DNA of 64,000 nt from Eledone cirrhosa (lineage: Eukaryota), in assembly GCA_964016885.1 (NCBI GenBank), contig OZ024740.1, positions 44,330,001 to 44,394,000 on the forward strand. The letters run 5' to 3'. Positions within the stretch are counted from its first letter, which is position 1. Each line of letters opens with the position of its first letter. The notes beneath the pieces are model-generated. The model was not told the DNA's origin. It was given only the letters and a program-made list of their open reading frames with translations, and did not search any database. The translations under genes were made by a program, and so were the position numbers. This document shows positions 1 to 13,286 of the stretch, in pieces.

Positions 1-962
1 GCAAAACTGCAAGATTTGTTCTGTTCAATACGACAAAAACACCGTATTTAAACCTTAAATAGATAACAAAAAATACAGATTTCGGATTTTGCGAGATTGG
101 ATGTTTGGACTATGTACGAAATTGAGCGTGGAATAGATGGAGAAAAATTTGTACTTTACGATTTACATGAGTACACCGTAGTAGGAATAATTGAAGCAGC
201 GGTGGATTGGCGAAAGTGAATATGTTTAACAAGCGATTTAACAAAAAGCAAAACTGCAAGATTTGTTCTGTTCAATACGACAAAAACACCGTATTTAAAC
301 CTTAAATAGATAACAAAAAATACAGATTTCGGATTTTGCGAGATTGGATGTTTGGACTATGTATAAAATTGTGCGTGGAATAGATGGAGAAAAATTTGTA
401 CTTTACGATTTACATGAGTACACCGTAGTAGGAATAATTGAAGCAGCGGTGGATTGGCGAAAGTGAATATGTTTAACAAGCGATTTAAGAAAAAGCAAAA
501 CTGCAAGATTTGTTCTGTTCAATACGACAAAAACACCGTATTTAAACCTTAAATAGATAACAAAAAATACAGATTTCGGATTTTGCAAGATTGGATGTTT
601 GGACTATGTACGAAATTGAGCGTGGAATAGATGGAGAAAAATTTGTACTTTACGATTTACATGAGTACACCGTAGTAGGAATAATTGAAGCAGCGGTGGA
701 TTGGCGAAAGTGAATATGTTTAACAAGCGATTTAACAAAAAGCAAAACTGCAAGATTTGTTCTGTTCAATACGACAAAAACACCGTATTTAAACCTTAAA
801 TAGATAACAAAAAATACAGATTTCGGATTTTGCGAGATTGGATGTTTGGACTATGTACGAAATTGAGCGTGGAATAGATGGAGAAAAATTTGTACTTTAC
901 GATTTACATGAGTACACCGTAGTAGGAATAATTGAAGCAGCGGTGGATTGGCGAAAGTGAAT
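1..962. repeat. Tandem array of a 247-bp unit (about 3.9 copies visible), plus a detached partial copy at about 1372-1576
   Basis: gcaaaactgcaagatttg starts at 1, 248, 495, 742 and 1399. Units are nearly identical. Confidence 0.95.
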
Positions 963-984
963 AAACATGAAGGAGAACTTATCT

Positions 985-1049
<65 letters not shown>

Positions 1050-1573
1050 CTGAGAGAGAGAGAGGGGGAAGGGGGAGAGAGGGAGAGAGATTGTGGCTGA
1101 CCGCAGCCCCTCGTGGAGTAGCTGGAGGGTGAAGGGGTAGAGCGGATTTTTTGACTTTCAAGTAGCATAATATATATATTTAAAGTAATTTATAAGAAGT
1201 AGAATGGGAAGGATTTTGTTTTTTGTTTGAGAATACGATAGAATTAAGGAATTGGACGATACGATAGAATTAAGAATGGGAAGGATTTTGTTTTTTTGTT
1301 TGGGGATACGATAGAATTAAGGAATTGGAGAATACGATAGAATTAATGAATTGATGAGCTGGAAGGTTATGAATGTTTAACAAGCGATTTAAGAAAAAGC
1401 AAAACTGCAAGATTTGTTCTGTTCAATACGACAAAAACACCGTATTTAAACCTTAAATAGATAACAAAAAATACAGATTTCGGATTTTGCGAGATTGGAT
1501 GTTTGGACTATGTACGAAATTGAGCGTGGAATAGATGGAGAAAAATTTGTACTTTACGATTTACATGAGTACA

Positions 1574-1615
<42 letters not shown>

Positions 1616-2107
1616 AATTTTTTTATATCTAATGATATACGGTATGTTTACAAATAAATATTTGAAAAGCCTTTGAGCTATGAATATTGAAAAGCTGATG
1701 GCTAGTGTTGTCTATTAGATTCCACCAACAGGACAGTGCTTCCCCTGCCTTGCTCTCTGCTGGAATTTTAAATAAGCGAAAATATATAGATTTTTTCAAT
1801 ATGTACATTGGCTGATTACCCTCATTTGCATATGGAGCTGACAAGCTGGCTCAGCATGAAATTTGAATTAAAGTTTTCACTCTGACATAGCTGTATACAT
1901 ATAATTATGTGAATTTAGTATATATATATATATATATATAATATATTTAGAAACACACAGATACATGCGGACACACACATATATACATGAATGCATCCGC
2001 ACCCAACTGTGAGTTAAGGGTGCCAACTTCACCGATGTTGCTCAATGAATGACTGGGACAGACCAATTCAGTTGAACTAGACTGAACCAGTATCAGAGTT
2101 AAAAATA

Positions 2108-2600
2108 CATTATGAAGAGAGAAGAAACATTTAGATATAATTAGTAATAAAATGTATCATACCTAAACTGCTCCTAAATTCCTCGACTACGTAGTCTCAA
2201 GAACGCGTCTACACGACGTGAGAAAGAATCCCAAAATGCGGAGGGGGAGATAGTCACGCGATATAACGGTCGAGAAACAGAGCTAAGCCTCTTATAACCC
2301 CGAAGAAAATACCACGTGGTATTTTCTTCGGGGTTATAAGAGGCTTAGCTCTGTTTCTCGACCGTTATATCGCGTGACTATCTCCCCTTCTTTCTCACGT
2401 CGTGTAGACGCGTTCTTGAGACTAGTAAAATGAGGTATCCTCTTGATAAGTCGGCAGACCTCGCAGGGACTCTATGTCTTTATGATATATTGTTTTTGTT
2501 TATGCCACGAAACTACGTAGTCGAGGAATTTAGGAGCAGTTTAGGTATGATACATTTTATTACTAATTATATCTAAATGTTTCTTCTCTCTTCATAATGT
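2108..2600. mobile_element. Nested fold-back element next to (TA)n, probably derived from a Penelope-like pLTR
   Basis: Arms at about 2108-2195/2512-2600 and 2193-2228/2388-2424. Perfect loopless 144-bp palindrome at 2244-2387. Hammerhead motif in the unpaired part. Confidence 0.7.
2438..2527 (+). ncRNA. Type I hammerhead ribozyme-like motif (degenerate core)
   Basis: tcctc-TTGATAA-GtcGGCA..TGCCAC-GAAA-CTACGTAG-TC-gagga. Stem I 5 bp, palindromic stem III, GUC site, two transitions from CUGAUGA. Confidence 0.65.
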
Positions 2601-2622
2601 ATATATATATATATATATATAT

Positions 2623-3002
2623 ATAGTGAAATAAAATAACAAGGACGATTGGTTACTCTTTTATTACATTTATTGGTTGGTGACATGCCTTTCATCACTG
2701 ATCACCTCGAGGTTCGATCTGTATTGATGTGACCCGACTCTGTAATCCGTGGCTTGTCAGAAGGGTCTGGCGAGCTGCGGATTACAGAGTCAGGTCAGAT
2801 TGATACAGATCGAACCTTCAGCTGTTCAGTTGTGAAATGCATGTCACCAACCAATAAATGTAATGAAGCAGTAACCAATCGTCCTTGCTATTTTATTTCA
2901 CTATAATACACTCTGTCTAGTTCTATACCTCGACACCGAAGTGAACCTAAACATTGAGTGCTCACCCGGGTGAACCTACAGTAACTCCAAGTTACACTCC
3001 CT

Positions 3003-3005
<3 letters not shown>
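2623..3005. mobile_element. Fold-back element between (TA)n tracts with two back-to-back hammerhead-like motifs
   Basis: Imperfect arms at about 2623-2761/2766-2905, loop aggg. Right arm reads ggt-CTGGCGA..GAAA-tgcat-GTC-acc (2764-2848). Left arm on the minus strand reads CTGACAA..GAAA-ggcat-GTC-acc. Confidence 0.65.
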
Positions 3006-3070
<65 letters not shown>

Positions 3071-3875
3071 CTCTTTTGAAGGTGAATATAATGCATTATA
3101 TTATAAATGGTATCAGACATATAAGTCCATTTAACACCATTGAATTTATTAGCAACTTGCCAATGATATTCTTTCACCATTAGAATTGTTAGATATAATA
3201 AGCATATTATTCTAACACTTTTATTTTCCATTTTGGTGAGGAATTTCTTTGTAATAAGAGACTCAGCTAATACCCCTTTTGTGTTGTTATTTATTCTATA
3301 ATGTGCTCCCCAGGTGGCAAATTTGCAGAGTTATTTGACAGTTGGATTAATTATCTCAGTATTTATTTTAGGTGTTGCTACTCTCTGTTTAAATCTCTCT
3401 ACTTTGGCTTTCAACCTTTCAAGGTCAATAAAAACAAACCAATCCAGGTGTGTTGGATTGGCAGAACACTTCCTAGCAGGGAAAATGATGATGATGATGA
3501 GGTTGATGATGTCAAACGTGTTGTTAAACTCTTGCTAGCTAGGACAATAGAATATTAAATGCTGTGGATGTTGGTGATGATGTCAAACCAGTTTTTAAAC
3601 CCTTGCTAGCAGCAAAAGTGAACATTAAACGGTGTTGTTGTTATTGATGATGATGATGGTGAAGCTGCTATATGGTATTTGTTCTGACTTAGTGTGTTTT
3701 TTGTTCAAATCCCACCACTTGCCACCACAAAAGCAAGGAATCATCTACCAGAAGTTGTGACCAGCAGATAATATCAGCAATGAAAAGATGAAAAGAACAA
3801 CTCTTTTTCATTTTTTTTTGGTTATTTGTCCTATAATGTGCCCCATCTCTTGAATGGCTGTATGGTTCTTGAAAA

Positions 3876-4057
3876 TAATTGTTTCTACTTTTGGCACATT
3901 AACCCAGTGCATTACTGGTACTTTATTTTATCGACCCCGTAAGGATGAAAGGCAAAGTTAACCTCGGTGGGATTTGAACCCAGAATGTAAAGGGCCATAA
4001 CTCTATGCTGTAAAGCATGGTGTCTGATGCTCTACCGATACTGCCAATTCACCGCCC
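3876..4057 (-). mobile_element. tRNA-derived SINE family A
   Basis: B-box-like gttcaaatccc, core ctttgcctttcatccttacggggtcgataaaataaagtaccag, TSD tggttcttgaaaataat. Confidence 0.85.
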
Positions 4058-4289
4058 TGGTTCTTGAAAATAATGCCAACTAACTTCAAACGGAGTAGGG
4101 TGTGGGCAGCTGTATGATGAAGAAGTTTGTTTCACAATCACATTCTTCTATATTTAATTGCACTGTGTGGGACCTTGAGCAAGTTTCTTCTGGCACAACC
4201 TTATGTCAATCCAGGCTTGATGAATGAAACTAATCTAACACCTCCATCTGCTCTTGGAAGTTTTGAATGTCTTTGAATGTCTTGGAAGC

Positions 4290-4513
4290 ATTTGATCCAC
4301 CTCCACCCTCTCCATCATCTTTATCACCATAAGCATCACCGTCATCAACATCATCATCATCATCATCATCATCATCGTCATTATCATTTTCATCATTGTT
4401 GTCCTCCTCCTCATCATCATCATCAGCATCATCATCATCATTTTCACTATCATCATTGTCGTCATCATCATCCTCATCATTATCATCATTGTTATCATCA
4501 TCGTCATCATTAT
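4290..4513. repeat. Degenerate (CAT)n microsatellite
   Basis: Visible trinucleotide repeat. Source of spurious poly-His/Met ORFs. Confidence 0.9.
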
Positions 4514-5333
4514 TCTACTGCAGTAGAAGATAGCTACAATCCTTCACTAAACATTGCAGTATTCATAATCACTTATGGTCTCATAGTCAGATCATTAGCA
4601 TTGGCCATTGCTGAGATTTTAATTCTTGGCAGAATTTCAACTCAGAATATAAAATACTGCAAGAAATACCATAGGCCATCTCTTCTGATATTACAATAAT
4701 TCTACCATTCCACTACCATAGACAGAGATTTGATTTTATTAAATTAAATGAAACTGCCTTTGGTTCTATGAAACACAATTGTTTTTATTAAAGAGTATAA
4801 CATTTATCTAAAACTTTCCCTTGTTAATTTTTTGTAAGAATCTTTGTTTCCAAACACCAACTTTATAATGAGAAACTTAGTTATGTTACTAAATATCTCA
4901 AACATTTATATTATTTCAAATTTGACATTGCAGTATAAGATTTTCCTGCCATTCTTATAATATTTTATTATTAATGAATGTATAGATATAGTGAAAGGGC
5001 ATGGTTTAGAGGTTAAAGTGTTCATCTCATGATTCTAAGGCCATGAGTTTGATTCCTAGTGGCAAGTTGTGTCTTTGAGCAATACACTATTTACCTAATG
5101 TTTCATAGTATATCTGTGAAGGAGTAAATTTAATAATTCAAGACTTGCTGTAACAATGAATCTTTAGAAAAGTTAAGCTAATCTTAGTATGAAGACATTT
5201 GTTTTTAATTTTTGTCGTTTATATTTAATTTATAACTGAATTCAATTAATAGTTTCTATATTATAAATTTAAAAAAACATTTTATAGCTAATTAAAATAT
5301 CCCAATAATATAATTCATATATATATATAAATT

Positions 5334-5400
<67 letters not shown>

Positions 5401-5401
<1 letters not shown>

Positions 5402-8400
5402 ATCATCATCATCATCGTTTAACGTACATCTTCCACGCTTGCATGGGTTTGGACGGAAATTTTTCCACTTGAGGCAAGATTGGTTGTCTTGCTCGTATAG
5501 GACTGTCTGGCGGGCTTTCTACGGCTGGATGCCCTTCCTAACACCAACCACGTTTACAGTGTGGACTGGGAGGTTTTACCGTGTTACCTACACGGCCACA
5601 TTACAGCGTGGACTGTGTGTTTTTTTGTCGTGACACCTACACGACCTCATTTGTTTCGGACTGGATGTTGTGGTACCAACATAACTTTACATTGAAAGGG
5701 GTGGTGTAGATTGAATAGGGGTAGTGGGAAGGGGGTGTGTTTTTGTTAGAGGTGCCTTCTGACTGTAGGTTTCACTTTGTACTTAGGCAAGGCGGGTCTT
5801 CTGTATTACTGTGTAGCGCCAAAGATCTCGATCCAGTGACATTGTCTTGGAGAGGTGTAAGTGTGTGAGGTCGGAATTTATCAAGTCATCCCAGGTTTTT
5901 CTGGGTCTGCCTACACCATGGCTACCATCTATTTTTATCGCCCTGCACTTTTTTATACAGCTGTCGTCTTTCATGCGCATCACGTGACCATACCAATGTA
6001 GTCTTCTCTCGAGTAAACAACATCTGATCCCTCTTATTCCTAATTTCTCCCTTAGTTCGTTTATGCTTTGCCGTTCACGTATATTACTATTGCACATCCA
6101 GCGGAGCATGCAAGCTTTGTTCCTCTCCAGTCTGCATATATCCTATGCACTGCCATGTAACATTGCTGTTCGTATGCAAGCATCATACAGCCTGCTTTTC
6201 ATTTTTAGAGAGAACCCTTTAGCGGCCAATAGCTACTGTACTTTCAGAGCAGCTTCCACCACTGCTGATTTTGTCACCCAAGTAACGGAAGGTGTCCACT
6301 ATTTCTATAGAACCATCTGTGCAATGGAATGAGCTAGTATTCTGTGGGCACTTGCTGCTACTTATTGCACCAGAGCACCGGCCACATATAAAATCTATAT
6401 TCTTAGTTAGCTTACCTGTGATCCCACTACATCTTTTATGCACCCATACTTTGCATTTGGGACATAAAATTGAGTTTCTGCCTACTCCTTTCTACACACT
6501 GAGCATGGCCATTTCCCAGATGGGACCGGTGCCCTATTTTCCTTCCTACAAACTAGAACTTTAGTCTTAGACAGGTTAATTTTAAGGCCTTTTGATTCTA
6601 GGCCATGCTTCCATGTTTGGAATTTCTTCTCTAGTTCAGCCATAGATTCAGCTATGAGCGTTAGATCATCTGCGTATAGGAGTTCCCATGGGCAGCCAGT
6701 CTTGAACTCCTCTGTTATAGCCTGAAGGGCAATAATAAATAGTAGGGTGCTAAGAACAGAGCCCTGATGAACACCAACTTTTACACTAAACTCTTCACTA
6801 TATTTGTTGTTAATTTTAACCTTGCTGACTGTTTCTTTATACATGGCTTGTATAGCTCTCACAAGCCATTCATCAACACCTAGTTTTCTAAGAGCCCACC
6901 AGATAATGGAGCGGGGAACTCTGTCAAAGGCTTTCTCCAAGTCAACAAAAGCTAAGTATAGGGGTTTACGTTTAGCTAGGTACTTCTCCTGTAGTTGTCG
7001 TACAATGAAAAGAGCGTCTGTGGTACTTTTATCTGACACAAACCCGAACTGCATTTCATCTAGATCAATTCACTCTCTAATTAGTTGAGCTATTACTTTT
7101 TCTGTGACCTTCATGACCTGGTCGATTAATTTAATGCCTCTATAGTTACCCCTATCTAGGGCATCTCCTTTACCCTTGTAGCAGTTAATGATGATGCTGC
7201 TATGCCAGTCCTTCGGAACGACCCCATTCTGTATGACTTGGTTTACTATCCGGGTGACCATAGTGTGTCCCACCTTTCCAGATGCTTTCAGCATTTCAGC
7301 AACTATTTCTGAAGGCCCAGCCGCCTTACCCGTCTTCATATCTTTGATTGCCTTACTTATTATACTACCTTCAACTAGCACTGCTGGTCCCTCTATTGGA
7401 TCGATGTGGGGGAGACTGTCTTTCTCCCATTTATTCTCCTCATTTAGTAGCCTTTCGTAGTGACACTTCCAAGCTACCTTCTTATCGGCGTCAGTGATGG
7501 CAAGTACACCATCATCATTAAGGACACACTTCTCCCCGACAATATCACGGTTTTCCTTGACACATTGCCTAGCAATCCTGAACACCTCACGTTTTTGGTC
7601 CTCATGTTGTAGAACATGCTTGAACTTTCTTTCCTCTGCTTCCCTTCTTGCGAAGTACACTTGTCTCCTACCTTCCCTCCTGGCCACTTGATAGTCTTCT
7701 CTACTTCCTCCATCCTGCCATACCTTCCAAGCCTGCTTTTTGGCCTTAATTAACTCCTCCACCTTACTGTTCCACCACCACGTTACTCTCCTCCTGCCTA
7801 TAGGTCTGCTCCAGCCACAGACTTCCTCTGCCGCCTTCAGCAGGTTAGCTTTCAGGAATTCCCACTGTTCCTCTATATTGTATGACTCTAATTGTTCTTC
7901 CTTACTGTCAAAAGCATCAAGTAATATGCTTTTAAATTTATTACTGGCTGTGGGGTCCTTTAGCTTCCATATTTTTCTCCTGAGTATAGTCCTCCTCTGT
8001 TGTCGAGTACGTCTTGTCCTGACTATGAGGTCGCTGACTATGAGTCTATGTTGGGAGGTGCATTCTTCATGGGGGAGGGATTTAGTGTTTACAACAGACA
8101 CTCTGTCACGTCTTCTGGTAAGGATATAATCTATCTGACTGGCGTGTTCACCTGATCTATAGATGATCAAGTGATTGTCTCGTTTTTTGAAGTTAGTGTT
8201 ACAGATGGTTAGGTTATTTGCGTCACAGAATTCCAGGATTCTGGAGCCTTCCTCATTTCTAGTACCAAACCCATAGCCTCCATGGATTCCGTCATAGCCG
8301 TCACAATGTTGTCCAACGTGACCATTTAGGTCGCCAGCAATAATTATGTAGTCACTGTCGGTTATTTGGGAGGTAGTGAGCATCAATGTCTCATAGAATC

Positions 8401-8694
8401 TGTCTTTTATAACGCCAGGCAGTCCGGATTGGGGTGCGTATGCAGATATTACTGTCACAGTAGTTCTATTTAGGACAAGTCTTATTTTAATTATTCTGTC
8501 ATTCACTCTATTCACGTCTATTATCTTATCTGCCCACTTTTCTGCTACCATGATTCCTACTCCACCCAGCCCATTGTCATTTCCCACCCAGAAAAGCTTA
8601 TAGCATCGTTTTTTACCCACAATGAATCTAGCAGACCCACCCCTCCACCTGATCTCTTGGATACAGCAAACATCAACCTCCTTACGCTCAAGCA
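5401..8694 (-). mobile_element. RTE-clade LINE subfamily A, near full length, disrupted (APE endonuclease + RT + PHD)
   Basis: ORFs 7070-8818 (CIQE, SAYAP, GDLNGHVG, IDYIL, SQHR), 6482-7054 (FVDLEKAFD, HQGSVLS, YADD), 6219-6443 and 5783-6109. (GAT)n tail at 5401-5416. (TA)n on both flanks. Confidence 0.95.
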
Positions 8695-8961
8695 TATATA
8701 TATATATACATGTGTGTGAGTGTGTGCATATAAATATATATATTAGTGTGTGTGTAGGTTTGTATGTATGTATGTAAGTATGTATGTATATAAGTGGAAT
8801 ATTACCTATTCTATCCATTCACAATGGGTTATTTGTCTGTGTAAATATAATGGTTTATATTTACACATATAGATATAATTATTCTTGTGATAAATTTGCT
8901 AGCTGATTACACCAACTCATCCACTCTGTTAGTGTAAATATTATTTAAAAAACGTCCAAAC

Positions 8962-9151
8962 CTGTTGATTTCTTCAAGAAAAGTATACTGTTCAGCGGGG
9001 TCAAAGTCCATCACTTCATCGTCTCTGTCTCTATAATATTCAACAACATTTGCTGGACCTTGGGAACGATTCAGTGAAGATATTATATCTGCATTTTTGC
9101 ATAACATCAATGAATAGTCCGGATGTTTATGTAATTCCAATACTTTACAAC
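8962..9151 (-). CDS. unc-89: Linker and start of kinase 2 (..DPAEQYTFLEEINR)
   Basis: Acceptor tctttcag. Donor gtttgg in phase 2, at the position equivalent to EEIGR of kinase 1. No further exon recognised, so the gene probably continues left of the window. Confidence 0.8.
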
Positions 9152-9344
9152 CTGAAAGAAAGATTTAGTTAAGCTTAATTACTAAGTTAACTGAAATATA
9201 GTTAACTAAATTATATTATATAGACAATACTCCACCTTGGCCACAGTCTAATTATTGAAGCTACTAAAAGTATAATATATCAATATATCTGTGTAACTAT
9301 ATATATATATATTTCTTTTTTATATAGCATTGAGGAAATTTGAA

Positions 9345-9523
9345 TTTTGAAAATATGTTAGCCACAATGCAGATAATTATAAATAATAGTTTAATAATTC
9401 AGGTGAAACACCCCTAGAGATCGGAGAGAGTGGATACAGACACCACTTTATTCTTCCCCAGGGATACTTTACTTGATTTATTCAACTATTATTTATAGTT
9501 CTCTGGCTAACATAATTTCAAAT
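9345..9523. repeat. Degenerate inverted repeat (fold-back)
   Basis: ttgaaaatatgttagcca..ataaataatagtt pairs with aactattatttat..tggctaacataatttcaa. Confidence 0.6.
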
Positions 9524-9978
9524 ACACACACAAACATGCACACACAAATATATTTACTTTAACGTTTTGTCAATATTACTGACTTATCAAGGCTTTTGAT
9601 GTTCCAATAATGTCAGCAAAACTATGAATTATACATTTGCCATGAATATATATTAATGGGCATCAGCCATAGAAAACCTGCCAAAACAGTTCTGTACAAG
9701 CGAGACATGGTCACCTGACCAATCTTGCCTCAAGTGGGACAAACTCATCCAACCCATGCTAGCATGGAAGATGGATGTTAAACGATGATGATGATGATAA
9801 CAAATATTATTAGTGTTTTATAAATATAATTTTATATTTTAGAATTTAATCATTCTTTTTTATGTTACTATAATCAAAAATTGAAATAGTCTATATCTGA
9901 TTTTTATCATTTTTCTGTTATTGATAATTAATTTTTTTAATCATACATATTACTGGTATTAAAAAATAATAAACATAC

Positions 9979-10140
9979 TTTCTTTTTTGGTGGTGATGAC
10001 ATTTGAGGCATAACTGTATGGACTGAGACCAAATTTATTCTGACAAGATATTTTAAAAACATAGTCAGTCTCTGGTGTAAGATTTCCAATAAGAGCACAT
10101 TCATTGGTGGTTTTCATACTTTTTTTCCACTGATAATCCT
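9979..10140 (-). CDS. unc-89: Fn3 domain, second half (W..LIGNLTPETDYVFKISCQNKFGLSPYS)
   Basis: Acceptor ttgttgcag, donor gtatgt, 162 bp, phase 1-1. Confidence 0.9.
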
Positions 10141-11041
10141 CTGCAACAAAATAAACATTTAATGAGTGAATTAATTTTATCTTAATTATTTTCGAAATGT
10201 TTTCTGAAAAAAAATCAAAAATATTGATATTTATTTTAAAATATAGAATAATATTTCAAATTTTACACTTTCTCATAAATTAAGAATGAGAGGACTCTTT
10301 TGTCTTGTCAAGACATCTCTAGTGCTGGTGCCAAAATAAAAGGCACCCAACACACTCTGCAAAATGCTTAACATCCAGCTATAGAAACTATTTCAAAATG
10401 AAAGGTTTGATTTTTAGTGAGATGTGGCCATCTAACCTGTTTAGGAAAACAGTAGCTCTGTTAAAATACTGACTTGCCAGCATGAAAAAAGAAATTATGT
10501 AAAAAACATAATAAAAATCGAAACATATGAAATTATTTCTGACTATAATGAATTAAAAACAATTATTAAAATATTCAATCAACTAAGAATTCAAAGATAT
10601 ATATTATAAAAAATTTTTAAAACAAAGCTGAAGTTTAAGGTAAGGAGCATCTCATTTTTTAGTAAAGTAAAATAAAACAGAGAAATATGTAGAAAATTGT
10701 ATGCCATAATAAAATGCACCCAGTACACTCTACAAAGTGCTTGGTTCTAGGAGGGGTATCCAGCTGTTGAAACCAAGCCAAAACCAAAACCAGAATGTAA
10801 GTATGTAAGATATAACTGCCATCCCATCTGGGAGAACAGTAACTCCAGTTAAATACTGGCTTGTTCCAACCCATGCTAGCATGATGATGATAATGTTTTT
10901 GATAATGATAATGAGGATGATGATGATGCAAAACATGATAGTTATGTTAAGATTTTAAGTCTTAATAACAAGCTAAGTTAGTAGCTAGCAATATATTCCC
11001 AATGCTTCTGTGCATCTTTACTGAAAGTTGAAAACACTGAC

Positions 11042-11173
11042 CTGCTTTTTTACAATAGACTCTGTGGAATACAACTGGAGATTCTCCATCATACTGAGGT
11101 GGATCCCAAACCAATAAAATTTCCCGATCAGAAACAGCAACATCAGTTGGTTTTTGTGGACGGCTGGTGACAT
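11042..11173 (-). CDS. unc-89: Fn3 domain, first half (SRPQKP..ILLVWDPPQYDGESPV)
   Basis: Acceptor ttttctag, donor gtcagt, 132 bp, phase 1-1. Confidence 0.9.
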
Positions 11174-12089
11174 CTAGAAAAGAAAATAATGACTTTGTAT
11201 ACTTTTAATCTAGCAATAGAAGTATGTCTAAATATTTCTCTTCTTCCTGACTTTTAATTACTAAATAAAGTTAGTTAAGACTGCCACCTAACCTAAAAGA
11301 CTCATCAGACCAATGCTTATCTCTATTTCATTGGTGTTAATGCTGCAATGGACTGACATCCTATCCAAGGGTTTCCTTGTAATCTCAGTCATTTTATGCT
11401 GATGAAACTAGAGTAAGCTGCAGCCCGATGAGCGCCTAGACTTGGGATAGACTTTCATTTTTTTTTTAATTATATGGCTAATGTTAACATTTAATACATT
11501 CATGAGCTTTGATTAAGAATATTTTTTGTTTTGTAAATATAGCTACTGTTTTCTATATAAACAGCCAAAATTTCAATTTAGCATTTGAATTGCTAGAACT
11601 TAAATACAAACAAACTATTGCATATCATTAGGTATATATTTGGTTTTAATTCAAAAGTGTTCCCTACCTTTAATCAACAAATAAATGTTTAGAAATAAGA
11701 CTATCAGTCTGAAGAAAATCTGATTTGGAAAACATTAATGCTTACAAAATTAAAATTAAGGGAATTCGGTGAGAAATATCTAAAAATCTGAAATCTCATG
11801 AATATTTTATATACAAGTTATTCATTACATTAAGGCCATCCAGTAAAAAAATCAATATGTTATTTTCTATGCCATGTAAATTATACACAAATTAGATCAG
11901 GCAGATAACATGTATAGAATTCATGATTTTATCTGGCAGATATAGAATTAATAATGTCATCTTTTATACTGACAAAAGAAATTTAGTAAACAGTTTTCAT
12001 CAAAGGTTTTCATTGAAATTGAACATTTACTGTTTTATTTATATGTCCATAAACATGCCAACACAATTTAAGTAATATATATATTACAT

Positions 12090-12353
12090 ATTACTATGTA
12101 GATATATATATAGTACTAAAGACTGTGTATATATATATAAAGTACTGAAGAGTATGTAGATATATATATACAGTACTAAAGAGCATGTTGATATATACTG
12201 TAAAATAGATTATATAGATATTAAAGTGTATGTAGATATATAGAGTACTACAGAGTACTAAAGAGTGTGTATATATAGAGAGTACTAAAGTGTATGTAGA
12301 TATACAGAGTACTATAGAATATGTATATATAGAGAGAGAGAGAGTACGAAAGA

Positions 12354-12384
<31 letters not shown>

Positions 12385-12575
12385 CTGTACTAAAGAGTAT
12401 TCAGATATATAGAGTACTAAAGAACATATAGAGTACTAAAGTGTGTGTAGATATATAGAGTACTAAAGAATATGTAGATATATAGAGTACTAAAGTGTAT
12501 GTACATATATAGAGTACTGAGAGTATGTAGATATATACAGTACTAAAGAGTATCTAGCTATATAGAGTACTAAAG
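12090..12575. repeat. Degenerate minisatellite, about 28-30 bp (agagtactaaagagtatgtagatatat)
   Basis: Recurrent agtactaaag motif. Confidence 0.85.
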
Positions 12576-12589
12576 ATCCGTAAGGCTGA

Positions 12590-12715
12590 GTGACAGTGAG
12601 GCTAAGACACTGGAATAACCAAGCACACTCATGAGTTTTGCCTGATACTTTGGTACAATCTACTAACAATTGACAAATACTTTCATGCTCAGCCAACCAG
12701 CTTCCTCAAACATCT
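12590..12715 (-). mobile_element. CRE-clade (restriction-like endonuclease) non-LTR C-terminal remnant
   Basis: SGKTHECAWLFQCLSLTV resembles the TG..RE..WLFQRLS.AV motif of these elements. Confidence 0.4.
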
Positions 12716-12778
12716 CATATCCAGAAGAATAAGTTGCAAAAAGTAAAAATATAACGTGAAGTTGTTCAAACAACAAAC

Positions 12779-13063
12779 CTCCAATCAAAAGCTTTGCTCT
12801 GCATGCAGTTCGTCCCATTTTATTTCGTGCAACACATTTGTAGACACCAACATCATATGACTTAGCACTGATCAAAGTCAGAGAAGAAACTCCATCTTCA
12901 CTGAGTGAAACTCTGATACGATTGTTCTGGGTGAGATATTCTTCATCTTTGTACCAAGCAACACTAACACTGGGTCGGCCTCGGATTAGACACATAAATG
13001 TTACATTTTCACCATCACGTACAACTTGATCTGTTAGCTTAGCACGGAAAATTGGACGATAGC
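12779..13063 (-). CDS. unc-89: Ig I-set exon preceding Fn3-kinase 2
   Basis: YRPIFRAKLTD..FMCLIRGRP..WYKD..DVGVYKCVARNKMG. Acceptor tttacag, donor gtttgt, 285 bp, phase 1-1. Confidence 0.93.
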
Positions 13064-13286
13064 CTGTAAACATAAGAAAGACATACCATTATGATAAATT
13101 TTAATTACCAGAAATTGTAAAGAATTAGATTCAGTGGTTTTAAAATTAAGTTTCTTTATATCCCTTGGTATTACAACAGTAATATAACTAAACATTTCAC
13201 AACTGTATTTCTAATGAATTACACACTATTTCAATTAATTAATGAAGAATTTTGAGTGATTTACTAACATTATTAATTACTTCATG

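Noticed and set aside
1-962. 247-bp array as a retrozyme or CRISPR-like array
   Set aside because: No CUGANGA core on either strand (TTGAAGC..GAAA lacks A9 and good stems). No unique spacers, and the context is eukaryotic.
4235-4699. Poly-His and poly-Met ORFs
   Set aside because: Translations of a (CAT)n microsatellite. The same applies to ORFs at 16029-16414, 23832-24397, 38452-38784, 41986-42372 and 61383-61719.
8695-8818. N-terminus of the 582-aa ORF as the true RTE start
   Set aside because: It is read-through of TA/CA microsatellite flank. Element homology begins at MLERKEVDVCCIQE.
8907-8961. In-frame extension to a stop as the terminal exon of the gene
   Set aside because: A phase-2 donor at 8961 mirrors the kinase-1 exon boundary, so kinase 2 most likely continues beyond the window. 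A truncated isoform cannot be excluded.
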